Assembly (NCBI GenBank): GCA_002269645.1
Contig: NIVC01002085.1
Span: 9,200 to 73,199 of the forward strand
Origin: Macrostomum lignano
Lineage: Eukaryota
Direction: 5' to 3'
DNA length: 64,000 bases
The notes under the pieces were generated by a model. The model saw only the letters and a program-made list of their open reading frames with translations, ran no database searches and was not told where the DNA came from. Positions 53,356-64,000 of this stretch are shown here, one piece after another. The position numbers and the translations under genes are program-made. Position 1 is the stretch's first letter. Each line of letters opens with the position of its first letter.

Positions 53356-54732
53356 TCCTAATACTAAAACTGATGCGATGTTTGTTTGTGTGTTGCAATT
53401 TTTCTCCTAAACTACTGGCAAGTCAGCGTTGAAACTTATATGGGAAAACTGCAAATTTTCCGGATTGGGTTTATAGCTATTTTAATCTTTCATTTTTACA
53501 TTTTAAGATCCCTAAAAAAGCAGAAAACTGTTTTTTTAACCCTCAATAACCTTCTTTGGCCACTCTGCCTGGGGCTGCAGCCAGTTTGTAAAAATAGCCA
53601 CCCCAACCTCCGCCCGCGGGCCGCCGTGTATTGAGGGGTGGTGGGTGCGCGTGTTCCGCGTTCAATGCAAATAACCCCCCCCCGCGTGTTGGGGGTTCAA
53701 TTAAATTTAACGATTCCCCCGGAATGGGAGGGGGTTGGGCTTGGGCTGAGTGTACATAGCAGTTGTACAGTGTAAGGAGATAGCTAGGACTGTGTCGAGA
53801 TTTAATTGGTTTTATTATCGGCGGCATTCAATAGGCAGCCATGTGTATTTGCTGGGCAGTAAAATTTAATGAATAAACTTGCGAGCCTCTTTAGCAGGCT
53901 GTGAACGTACACTCGATACTTTAATGCTTTAAATCAGGAAATTTCAAGCGCTAACTGTTCCTCGAGTTTTAAACTTTCAGAGGAGAGACTTATATTACTG
54001 GAAAGATCTTGCAATACTGAGTTCGGGGATATAAGTTGTTTGCTTTAAATGTGAAAACAAAACGCACAGCATTTAAAAAACGATTTCCATACTTTTAACT
54101 TTCGGCAGTGTACTCATTTTGGAGTTCAATGGGGGTTCGACCAACCCCCCAACAGTTGGTGGGAGGGGGGGTTCAACTTTTAATTGCCACTGCGTATTGG
54201 AAGGGGGTCAGTCGCTGTGTATTGGAGGGTGGATTTAGTTTGCGCAATCTTTTTGTTAACTTTTACCGAGACTGATACTGACTGACTGTGAAATCGGTTG
54301 CGCATTCAATTAATTCAATTGGTTCAACACGCTGCTGCGTTGTAGCTCTAACCCTAACCCTAACCCTAACCCTAACCACTAAATCCTGAGAGTTGATTCT
54401 TTTTTACGGAGAAAATTTCGATTCAGTCCAGTTTAATGGAGAGAATTTCTGTTTCGCGGAGACGATTTTGATGGATGTCAGTTTCACGGAGAGGATTTCC
54501 ATGGAGTCCAGTTTCACGGAGAGGATTTCTATTTCTCGGAGGGGATTTTGATGAATGTCAGTTTCACGGAGAGGTGTTTGATGGAGTTCTCTTTTACGGA
54601 GAAGATTTCGATGATGTTCAGTTTCGCGGAGAGGAGTTGGATGATGGGATTCAGGGAATGGCATTTCAGGGAATGGAGTACCGGTGATGGGAATTCTTCC
54701 CCTTTCTCCTCCAGAGGAGGAGTTGGCCTCGT
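53356..54732 (+). mobile_element. Non-autonomous Helitron-like unit A1
   Basis: 5' TCCTAATACTAAAA followed by a GTTT/GTGT microsatellite (Lep1/DINE-1-like head). Internal (CTAACC)5 and TTTCACGGAGAG subrepeats. 3' hairpin CTCCTCC-AGA-GGAGGAG then ...CTCGT. Confidence 0.75.
54348..54377 (-). repeat. Interstitial telomeric repeat (TTAGGG)5; further copies at 55650-55667, 57641-57658, 59665-59694 and, on the opposite strand, 63649-63675
   Basis: CTAACC tandem runs seen directly. TTAGGG is the common metazoan telomere repeat. Confidence 0.9.
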
Positions 54733-56655
54733 CCTAATACTAAAACCGACGCGATGTTTGTCTGTCTGTCTGTCTGTCTGTATGTTGCAAGTGAACTCCT
54801 ACAATTCTGGTAAGTCAGCGTCGAAACTTATATGGGAAAACTGCAAATTTTCCGGAGCAGGCTTTAGGCTATTTTAATTTTTAATTTTCACATTTTAACA
54901 TCCCTAAAAAAGCATAAATCTGCTTTTTTAACCCCCAATAACCTTCTTTGGCCACTCTGCCTGGGGCTGCAGCCAGTTTGTAAAAATAGCCACCCCAACC
55001 TCCGCCCGCGGGCCGCTGTGTATTGAGGGGTGGTGGGTGCGCGTGTTCTGGGTTCAATGCAAATAAAACCCCCCGCGTATTGGGGGGTTGAATTAAATTT
55101 AATGCTTCCCCCAGAACGGGGGTTGGGCTTGGGCTGAGTGTACATAGCAGTTGTACAGTGTAAATAGATAGACTGTGTCGAGATTCATTTGGTTTTATTA
55201 TTGGCAGCCCTGTGTATTAGTTTGGCAGTGAAATTCAATGAATAAACTTGCGAGCTTCTCTAGCAAGCAGTCGGGAAATCGGTAAATTTCAAACGCTAAC
55301 TGTTCCTCGAGTTTTAAACTTTGAGAGGAGAGACTTATATTGCTGGAAAGATCTTGCAGCGCTGAGTTCGGGGATATAAGTTGTATGCTTTAAATATGAA
55401 AAGAGAAAGCACCACATTTAAAAAACTATTTCCATACTTTTAACTTTCTGCAAAAATTGTACTCAGTTTTGCGAGACGTAATAGATAAAGTTGGGCGTAT
55501 TGGAAGGGGGTCTGCCGCTGCGTATTGGAGGGTTGATTTAGATTGCGCAACCGTTTATTTAACTTTAAATAAGACTGATACTGTCTGACTGAGAAATGGT
55601 TTGCGCAATTAATTGATTCAATTAATTCAACACGCAGCTCTATGCAGCTCTAACCCTAACCCTAACCAATGAGTTCTGAGAGTTAAGTTCTTTTTGACAG
55701 AGAAAATTTCGATTGAGTCCAGTTTCACGGAGTATTCTGATGGTTTTCGGTTTCACGGAGAGGATTTCTTTTTCGTGGAGAGAATCTAGATGTATTTCTG
55801 TTTTACGGAGACGATTTTGATGGATGTCAGTTTCACTCAGAGGATTTCCATGGAGCCCAGTTTCACGGAGAGGATTTCTGTTTCGCGGATTGGATTTCGA
55901 AAGGAGTCCAGTTTCACGGAGAGGGTTTCTGTTTCGCGGAGAGGATTTCTGTTTCGCGGAGAGGATTTCTGTTTCGCGGAGAGGATTTCTGTTTCACGAA
56001 GGGATTTTTATGGATTTGGTATCTTCAGTCAGTCAGTAAAGAGGGTAAAGAGAAGAGTGAAAAGAGAAGAGAGAAGAGATTATAGAAAAGAGAGTAGAGA
56101 TGAGAGAGGACAGATTAGACATGACAGATGGGAGAGAAGAGGGGAGTAAGGCGGGAACGAAGAGGGAGAGAGAAGAAAAGAGGAGAGAGGAGATGAGAGG
56201 GAAGATATGAGATAGCAGAGGGAGACAGGAGAGATGAGAGGAGAGAGAAGAGAGGAGCTGAGAGTAGAGGAGAAAGAAATAGTGAGATGAGGCATGAGGG
56301 ATGAGAGATGAGAGAGGAGAGAAGAGAGGAGAGAGGAGAAAACAGGGGATAAAGGAGACAGGAGAGAAAGACGAAAGACGAGGGAGAAGAGATAAATAAG
56401 GTGGTAGAGATGAGAGACGTGAGAGGAGAGAAAAGAGAAGAGAGGAGACAGAAGAATCTGAGTCTGGACAATGGCAGTCAGTTTTTGCGAACAGGGAAAA
56501 CAAGATATGGTATTTGAAAGGCTTTACAGAGGATTTGGAGATGATTTGGAAGATGGGATTCAAGTCATGGAATTTCAGCTGATGGATTTCAGGGAATGGA
56601 ATTCCGGTGATGGGAGTTCTTCCCCTTTCTCCTCCATCGGAGGAGTTGGCCTCGT
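54732..56655 (+). mobile_element. Non-autonomous Helitron-like unit B1
   Basis: Same head, hairpin and CTCGT tail; (CTAACC)3; extra ~430-bp AG-rich segment at 56030-56460. Confidence 0.75.
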
Positions 56656-56722
56656 AAATATACTAAATCTCTAAGGTTTGTATGCTTGAATGTCCATAAT
56701 CCTCTTCTCCTTCCTCCTCTCC

Positions 56723-58646
56723 TCCTAATACTAAAACCGACGCGATGTTTGTCTGTCTGTCTGTCTGTCTGTATGTTGCAAGTGAACTCCTACAATTCTG
56801 GTAAGTCAGCGTCGAAACTTATATGGGAAAACTGCAAATTTTCCGGAGCAGGCTTTAGGCTATTTTAATTTTTAATTTTCACATTTTAACATCCCTAAAA
56901 AAGCATAAATCTGCTTTTTTAACCCCCAATAACCTTCTTTGGCCACTCTGCCTGGGGCTGCAGCCAGTTTGTAAAAATAGCCACCCCAACCTCCGCCCGC
57001 GGGCCGCTGTGTATTGAGGGGTGGTGGGTGCGCGTGTTCTGGGTTCAATGCAAATAAAACCCCCCGCGTATTGGGGGGTTGAATTAAATTTAATGCTTCC
57101 CCCAGAACGGGGGTTGGGCTTGGGCTGAGTGTACATAGCAGTTGTACAGTGTAAATAGATAGACTGTGTCGAGATTCATTTGGTTTTATTATTGGCAGCC
57201 CTGTGTATTAGTTTGGCAGTGAAATTCAATGAATAAACTTGCGAGCTTCTCTAGCAAGCAGTCGGGAAATCGGTAAATTTCAAACGCTAACTGTTCCTCG
57301 AGTTTTAAACTTTGAGAGGAGAGACTTATATTGCTGGAAAGATCTTGCAGCGCTGAGTTCGGGGATATAAGTTGTATGCTTTAAATATGAAAAGAGAAAG
57401 CACCACATTTAAAAAACTATTTCCATACTTTTAACTTTCTGCAAAAATTGTACTCAGTTTTGCGAGACGTAATAGATAAAGTTGGGCGTATTGGAAGGGG
57501 GTCTGCCGCTGCGTATTGGAGGGTTGATTTAGATTGCGCAACCGTTTATTTAACTTTAAATAAGACTGATACTGTCTGACTGAGAAATGGTTTGCGCAAT
57601 TAATTGATTCAATTAATTCAACACGCAGCTCTATGCAGCTCTAACCCTAACCCTAACCAATGAGTTCTGAGAGTTAAGTTCTTTTTGACAGAGAAAATTT
57701 CGATTGAGTCCAGTTTCACGGAGTATTCTGATGGTTTTCGGTTTCACGGAGAGGATTTCTTTTTCGTGGAGAGAATCTAGATGTATTTCTGTTTTACGGA
57801 GACGATTTTGATGGATGTCAGTTTCACTCAGAGGATTTCCATGGAGCCCAGTTTCACGGAGAGGATTTCTGTTTCGCGGATTGGATTTCGAAAGGAGTCC
57901 AGTTTCACGGAGAGGGTTTCTGTTTCGCGGAGAGGATTTCTGTTTCGCGGAGAGGATTTCTGTTTCGCGGAGAGGATTTCTGTTTCACGAAGGGATTTTT
58001 ATGGATTTGGTATCTTCAGTCAGTCAGTAAAGAGGGTAAAGAGAAGAGTGAAAAGAGAAGAGAGAAGAGATTATAGAAAAGAGAGTAGAGATGAGAGAGG
58101 ACAGATTAGACATGACAGATGGGAGAGAAGAGGGGAGTAAGGCGGGAACGAAGAGGGAGAGAGAAGAAAAGAGGAGAGAGGAGATGAGAGGGAAGATATG
58201 AGATAGCAGAGGGAGACAGGAGAGATGAGAGGAGAGAGAAGAGAGGAGCTGAGAGTAGAGGAGAAAGAAATAGTGAGATGAGGCATGAGGGATGAGAGAT
58301 GAGAGAGGAGAGAAGAGAGGAGAGAGGAGAAAACAGGGGATAAAGGAGACAGGAGAGAAAGACGAAAGACGAGGGAGAAGAGATAAATAAGGTGGTAGAG
58401 ATGAGAGACGTGAGAGGAGAGAAAAGAGAAGAGAGGAGACAGAAGAATCTGAGTCTGGACAATGGCAGTCAGTTTTTGCGAACAGGGAAAACAAGATATG
58501 GTATTTGAAAGGCTTTACAGAGGATTTGGAGATGATTTGGAAGATGGGATTCAAGTCATGGAATTTCAGCTGATGGATTTCAGGGAATGGAATTCCGGTG
58601 ATGGGAGTTCTTCCCCTTTCTCCTCCATCGGAGGAGTTGGCCTCGT
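56723..58646 (+). mobile_element. Non-autonomous Helitron-like unit B2 (apparently identical to B1, offset 1991 bp)
   Basis: All ORF-track translations repeat at +1991 (54888/56879, 55790/57781, 56033/58024). Confidence 0.75.
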
Positions 58647-59969
58647 CCTTATACTAAAAGTGATGCGTTGTTTGTTTGTCTGTATGTGTGTTGCAATTTT
58701 TCTCCTAAACTACTGGCAAGTCAGCGTTGAAACTTATATGGGTAAACTGCAAATTTTCCGGACTGGGTTTATAGCAATTTTAATCTTTCATTTTTACATT
58801 TTAAGATCCCTAAAAAAGCAGAAAACTGATTTCCTAACCTTCTTTGGCCCTTCTGTGGCCACTCTGCCTCTCCAGTGGAGGGGTTGCAGTCTGTTTGTAA
58901 AAATAGCCACCCCAACCTCCGCCCGCGGGTCGCTGTGTTTTTTTGGGGGGGGGGTGGGTGCGCGTGTTCTGCGTTAAATGCAAAACCCCCGCGTGTTGGG
59001 GGTTCAATTAAATTTAACGATTCCCCCGGAATGGGGGGTTGGGCTTGGGCTGAGTGTACATAGCAGTTGTACAGTGTAAGGAGATAGCTAGGACTGTGTC
59101 GAGATTTAATTGGTTTTATTATCGGCGCCATTCAATAGGCAGCCATGTGTATTTGCTGGGCAGTGAAATTCAATGAATAAACTTGCGAGCCTCTTTAGCA
59201 GGTAGTGAACATACACTCGATACTTCAATGCTTTAAATCGGGAAATTTCAAACGCTAACTATTCCTTGAGTTTTAAACTTTCAGAGAGACTTATATTGCT
59301 GGAAAGATCTTGCAATACTGAGTTCGGGGATATAAGTTGTTTGCTTTAAATGTGAAAACAAAAAAGCACAGCATTTAAAAAACAATTTCCATACTTTTAA
59401 CTTTCTGCAGAGTGTACTCATTTTGGGTTCAAAGGGGGTTCGACCAACCCCCAACAGTTGGAGGGGAGTTCAACTTTTAATTGCCACTGCGTATTGGAAG
59501 GGGGTCAGTCGCTGTGTATTGGAGGGTTGATTTAGTTTGCGCAATCTTTTTGTTAACTTTAACTGAGACTGATACTGACTGACTGTTAAATCGGTTGCGC
59601 AATGAATTGATTCAATTAGTTCAATTTTTTATCGACGCCTTTCAACACACTGCTGCGTGTAGCTCTAACCCTAACCCTAACCCTAACCCTAACCACTGAA
59701 TCCTGAGAGTTGATTCTTTTTGACGGAGAAAATTTCGATTCAGTCCAGTTTTATGGAGAGAATTTCTGTTTTGCGGAGACGATTTTAATGGATGTCAGTT
59801 TCACGGAGAGGTGTTTGATGGAGTTCTCTTTTACGGAGAGGATTTCGATGATGTTCAATTTCGCGGAGAGGAGTTGGATGATGGGTTTCATGGAATGGCA
59901 TTTCAGGGAATGGAGTTCCGGTGATGGGAATTCTTCCCCTTTCTCCTCCAGAGGAGGAGTTGGCCTCGT
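58646..59969 (+). mobile_element. Non-autonomous Helitron-like unit A2 (diverged sister of A1)
   Basis: Head TCCTTATACTAAAA-GTTT, (CTAACC)5 at 59665-59694, hairpin and CTCGT at 59969. Confidence 0.75.
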
Positions 59970-62900
59970 ATATACTAAAAATGAGTTGTTTGTTTGTACG
60001 CAATCGATTAGAGAAAAAATGGCTGGACCGATTTTCTTCGAACTTGCACTGTTCGATCAGAAATTTTCCTGGGACGGTACATGCATCTTGGCTAAGAAAT
60101 TGCTTCATGTTAAAGCGATTAAATATTCGAAAAACATGCTTTTTTGCAAAGGTCAAGCAAACTTTTCGACTTGAAATGCATTGTAAGAATGCTAGAGAAA
60201 AAACTGACTGGTTGAATTCTGATTCTGAAATAGATTACATCATAACTGAATTGTAACTCCGACTTGAATTGCGTCACAGTATTGAAAATGCAGTGTGGAA
60301 GCGTAGCACCAGACTTGATTTAGATTGCGCAACAATATTGTTAACTGATACTGACTGACTGAGAAATTGATTATGTAATAACTGCCTCGTGTGATTTACT
60401 CTATGCTTGGAGTTTTGAAACTTATAATTATAAGTGCTGAATTCATGTTATCAAAACGATGAGAGCTAGCCTAGAGGTAAACAGACTGAACTGCTAAATG
60501 CAGAAACGATGGTTCGAATTTTTAGAGAGTAGAGTTTTTTTAATTAAAGCTCTTTAACGCCAAGAAAACTAAAAAAATCATAAAAGCGTCATGTAAAATA
60601 TCATAGAAGCGTCATGTAAACAATCATAGAAGCGTCATGTAAAAAATCATAGAAGCATCGTGTAAACAATCATAGAAGCGTCATGTAAAAAATCATAGAA
60701 GCGTCATGTAAAAAATCATAGAAGCGTCATATAAACAATCATAGAAGCGTCATGTAAACAATCATAGAAGCGTCATGTAACAATCATAGAAGCGTCATGT
60801 AAAAATCATAGAAGAGTCATGTAAAAAATCATAGAAGCATCGTGTAAACAATCATAGAAGCGTCATGTAAAAATCATAGAAGCGTCATGTAAAAAATCAT
60901 AGAAGCGTCATCTAAAACATCATAAAAGCGTCATGTAAAAAATCGTAGAAGCGTCATTTAAAAAATCATAGAAGTGTCATGTAAAAAATCGTGGAAGCAT
61001 CATGTAAAAAGCATAGAAGTGTCATGTAAAAAATCATAGAAGCGTCATGTAAACAATCATAGAAGCGTCATGTAAAAAATCTTGGAAGCATCATGTAAAA
61101 AGCATAGAAGTGTCATGTAAAAAATCATAGAAGCGTCATGTAAACAATCATAGAAGCGTCATGCAAACAATCATAGAAGCGTCATGTAAACAATCATAGA
61201 AGCGTCATGTAAAAAATCATAGAAGCGTCATGTAAAAAATCATAGAAGCGTCATGTAAAAAATCATAGAAGCATCGTGTAAACAATCATAGAAGCGTCAT
61301 GTAAAAATCATAGAAGCGTCATGTAAAAAATCATAGAAGCGTCATCTAAAACATCATAAAAGCGTCATGTAAAAAATCGTAGAAGCGTCATTTAAAAAAT
61401 CATAGAAGTGTCATGTAAAAAATCGTGGAAGCATCATGTAAAAAGCATAGAAGTGTCATGTAAAAAATCATAGAAGCGTCATGTAAAGAATCATAGAAGC
61501 GTCATGTAAAAAATCGTGGAAGCATCATGTAAAAAGCATAGAAGTGTCATGTAAAAAATCATAGAAGCGTCATGTAAACAATCATAGAAGCGTCATGCAA
61601 ACAATCATAGAAGCGTCATGTAAACAATCATAGAAGCTTCTTGTAAAAAATCGTAGAAGCGTCATGAAAAAATCATTAAAGCGTCATGTAAAAATCATAG
61701 AAGAGTCATGTAAAAAATCGTAAGAGCGTAATATAAAAATCATAGAAGCGTCATTTAAAAAATCATAGAGGCGTCATATAAAAATCAAAAAAACGTCATT
61801 TAAAAATCATAGAAGCGTCATGTAAACAATCATAGAAGCGTCATGTAAACAATCATAGAAGCGTCATGTAAAAAATCATAGAAGCGTCATGTAAACAATC
61901 ATGGAAGCGTCATGTAAACAATCATAGAAGCGTAATGTAAAAATCATAGTAGCGTCATGTAAAAATCATAGAAGCGTCATGTAAAAAGCATAGAAGCGTC
62001 ATATAAACAATCATAGAAGCGTCATGCAAACAATCATAGAAGCGTCATGTAAAAATCATAGAAGCGTCATGTAAAAATCATTGAAGCGTCCTGCAGAAAT
62101 CGTAGAAGCGTCATGAAATAATCATAGAAGCGTCATGTAAACAATCATAGAAGCGTCATGTAAAAAATCATAAAAGCATCGTGTAAACAATCATAGAAGC
62201 GTCATGTAAAAAATCATAGAAGCGTCATGTAAAAAATCATAGAAGCGTCATATAAACAATCATAGAAGCGTCATGTAAACAATCATAGAAGCGTCATGTA
62301 AAAATCATAGAAGCGTCATGTAAAAATCATAGAAGCGTCATGTAAAAAATTATAGAAGCGTCATGAAAAAATCATAGAAGCATCGTGTAAACAATCATAG
62401 AAGCGTCATGTAAAAAATCATAGAAGCGTCATATAAACAATCATAGAAGCGTCATGTAAACAATCATAGAAGCGCCATGTAAACAATCATAGAAGCGCCA
62501 TGTAAAAATCATAGAAGAGTCATGTAAAAATCATAGAAGCGTCATGTAAACAATCATAGAAGCGTCATGTAAAAATCATAAAGCGTTATGTAAACAATCA
62601 TAGAAGCGTCATTTTAAAAATCATAGAAGCGTCATATAAACAATCATAAAAGCGTCATGTAAACAATCATAGAAGCGTCATGAAAAAATCATAGAAGCGT
62701 CATGTTAAAATCATAGAAGCGTCATGAAAAAATCATAGAAGCGTCATTTAAAACTAATGAAAGTGTCATTTAAAAAATTAAGAAGCATCATAGTAGAATA
62801 AAAGAAGCGTCATGTCAGACATGAAAGGTGTCATGGAAAAATTAAATGCAGCTATAATGCTGTGCTGGGGAGAAAAACTGAGACGTCAAGGCTCTCAGAG

Positions 62901-63900
62901 AATAACTGAGATTACGGGGGGGGGGGTTTCTGAGATGTCAAAGCAAAAGTCAGAAGCTAATTCAAAGTTCATGTACTTTACTCAATTTTTTTTATTGCAT
63001 TCTTTGTTGGCTCGCCACGGGAGGCGCTGATAGAAGAAGAGTCATGTAAAAAATAAAAGTAGCACTATATATACATAAAAGAAAAGTCATGTCGAAGTTA
63101 AAAGATTCATTTGGGAATTGCTACGATGTCAAAGCTAGGTGGAAATCGTTATAGTGCTGTGATTCTTAAAGAAGGAATCACTAAAATGTCAAGGCTTAGG
63201 GGAGAAGAATTGCTGAGATTTCAAGGCTTTAGGTTGGGTTAAAGTTAGGTTTAGGTCAGGTGTGGGTTGAGGGTTATATTTTATCGAGTTTCAAGGTTAG
63301 CAGGGGATTTTTCAGATTTCAAGGTTTATGGGCGCCATCGCTGACATGTTAAGGCTTACGGGGGGAATAGCTGAGATGTCAAGGCTCACGGGGGTATAAA
63401 TGAGATTTCAAGGCTAAAGTCAGAAGCTACATGTAGTTTATTGAAAACTTTTTATTACATTATTTGATGCCTCCTCAGGGGAGGGATCGCTGATAAAAAA
63501 AGCGTAATGTAAAAAATAAAAGAAGCTTCATGTCGAAGTTAAGATATTCATTTGGGAATCCTACGATGTCGAGGCTTGCAGGGAATCGCTATAATGCTGT
63601 AGTAGTGCTATAATGACTCTTAGAGAGAATTACTGAAATTTCAATGCTTTAGGGTTAGGTTAGGGTTAGGGTTAGAAGGTTGACAGATATTTTTAGATTT
63701 CCAAGGCTTATTGGGGGCATGGCTGAGATGTCAAGGGGGGAAGTTGATATGTTAAAGCTTGTGGGGGGGGGAATTACTGACATGTCAAGGCTTACAAGGT
63801 TTGATAGGAGATTTTTTAAGATTTCAAGGATACATGTAGCTTATTAAAAAAACGTGTATTGCATTTCTTTGGCTCCCCAACGGGGGGCGTAGATTGCTAG
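59969..63900 (+). mobile_element. Helitron-like unit C carrying an internal satellite; canonical 3' end
   Basis: Head TATATACTAAAAATGAGTTGTTTGTTTG...AAAATGGCTGGACCGATTTT. 3' hairpin GCTCCCC-AAC-GGGGGGC (63872-63888) followed 8 nt later by CTAG|T (63897-63901). That head and tail belong to one element is inferred. Confidence 0.6.
60578..62815. repeat. 22/23-bp AT-rich satellite (AATCATAGAAGCGTCATGTAAAC/A)n, about 97 copies
   Basis: Period 23 (60601 to 60624); a block containing TCTAAAACATCATAAAAG repeats at ~434 bp. Confidence 0.95.
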
Positions 63901-64000
63901 TTTATAACTATAAATCGTCGCTTGTAGTTGCTAGGCCCGAACCCCGGGGTCTAGTGATAAGAAACTCAAGCAGAGCACGGGTGGCTGAGCTTGCCGAGTG

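Noticed and set aside
53340-63700. True telomere or chromosome-fusion site
   Set aside because: The hexamer tracts are only 3-5 copies, sit at fixed positions inside repeat units and are followed by ordinary sequence.
63931-63955. Second hairpin + CTAG (ACCCCGGGGT-CTAGT)
   Set aside because: The hairpin directly abuts CTAG rather than lying about 10 nt upstream, and no matching head was found; kept only as a possible additional terminus.

Overview
Eukaryotic (metazoan) genomic DNA, not prokaryotic. It has GT-AG introns, tRNA-derived SINEs, hAT and Helitron elements, and TTAGGG-type repeats. The composition resembles the minisatellite-rich genomes of free-living flatworms such as Macrostomum, but that is inference only. 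Roughly half the window is tandem repeat: about 20 distinct arrays with 4-142 bp units, which generate almost all the long ORFs in the supplied track; I treat those ORFs as spurious. Two plus-strand spliced genes can be reconstructed by splice-phase matching. Gene A (five exons, 22629-28017) encodes an Ig-domain, N-glycosylated, probably GPI-anchored cell-surface protein whose first exon is not securely found. Gene B (ATG 31736 to at least 51786) is a large multi-exon gene for a protein I do not recognise. Mobile elements: a decayed non-LTR RT fragment, a CORE-like SINE, a hAT element nested in another hAT element (both with perfect 8-bp TSDs), further MITEs, and a 10.5-kb head-to-tail array of non-autonomous Helitron-like units (53356-63900) carrying telomeric hexamers and an internal satellite. 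Most interesting: (1) that Helitron/telomere-repeat array; (2) nearly every large intron is filled by its own private minisatellite bounded by the splice signals; (3) a homologous, inverted pair of ~1-1.5 kb microsatellite arms brackets a block of gene B exons, a possible fold-back/circRNA structure.
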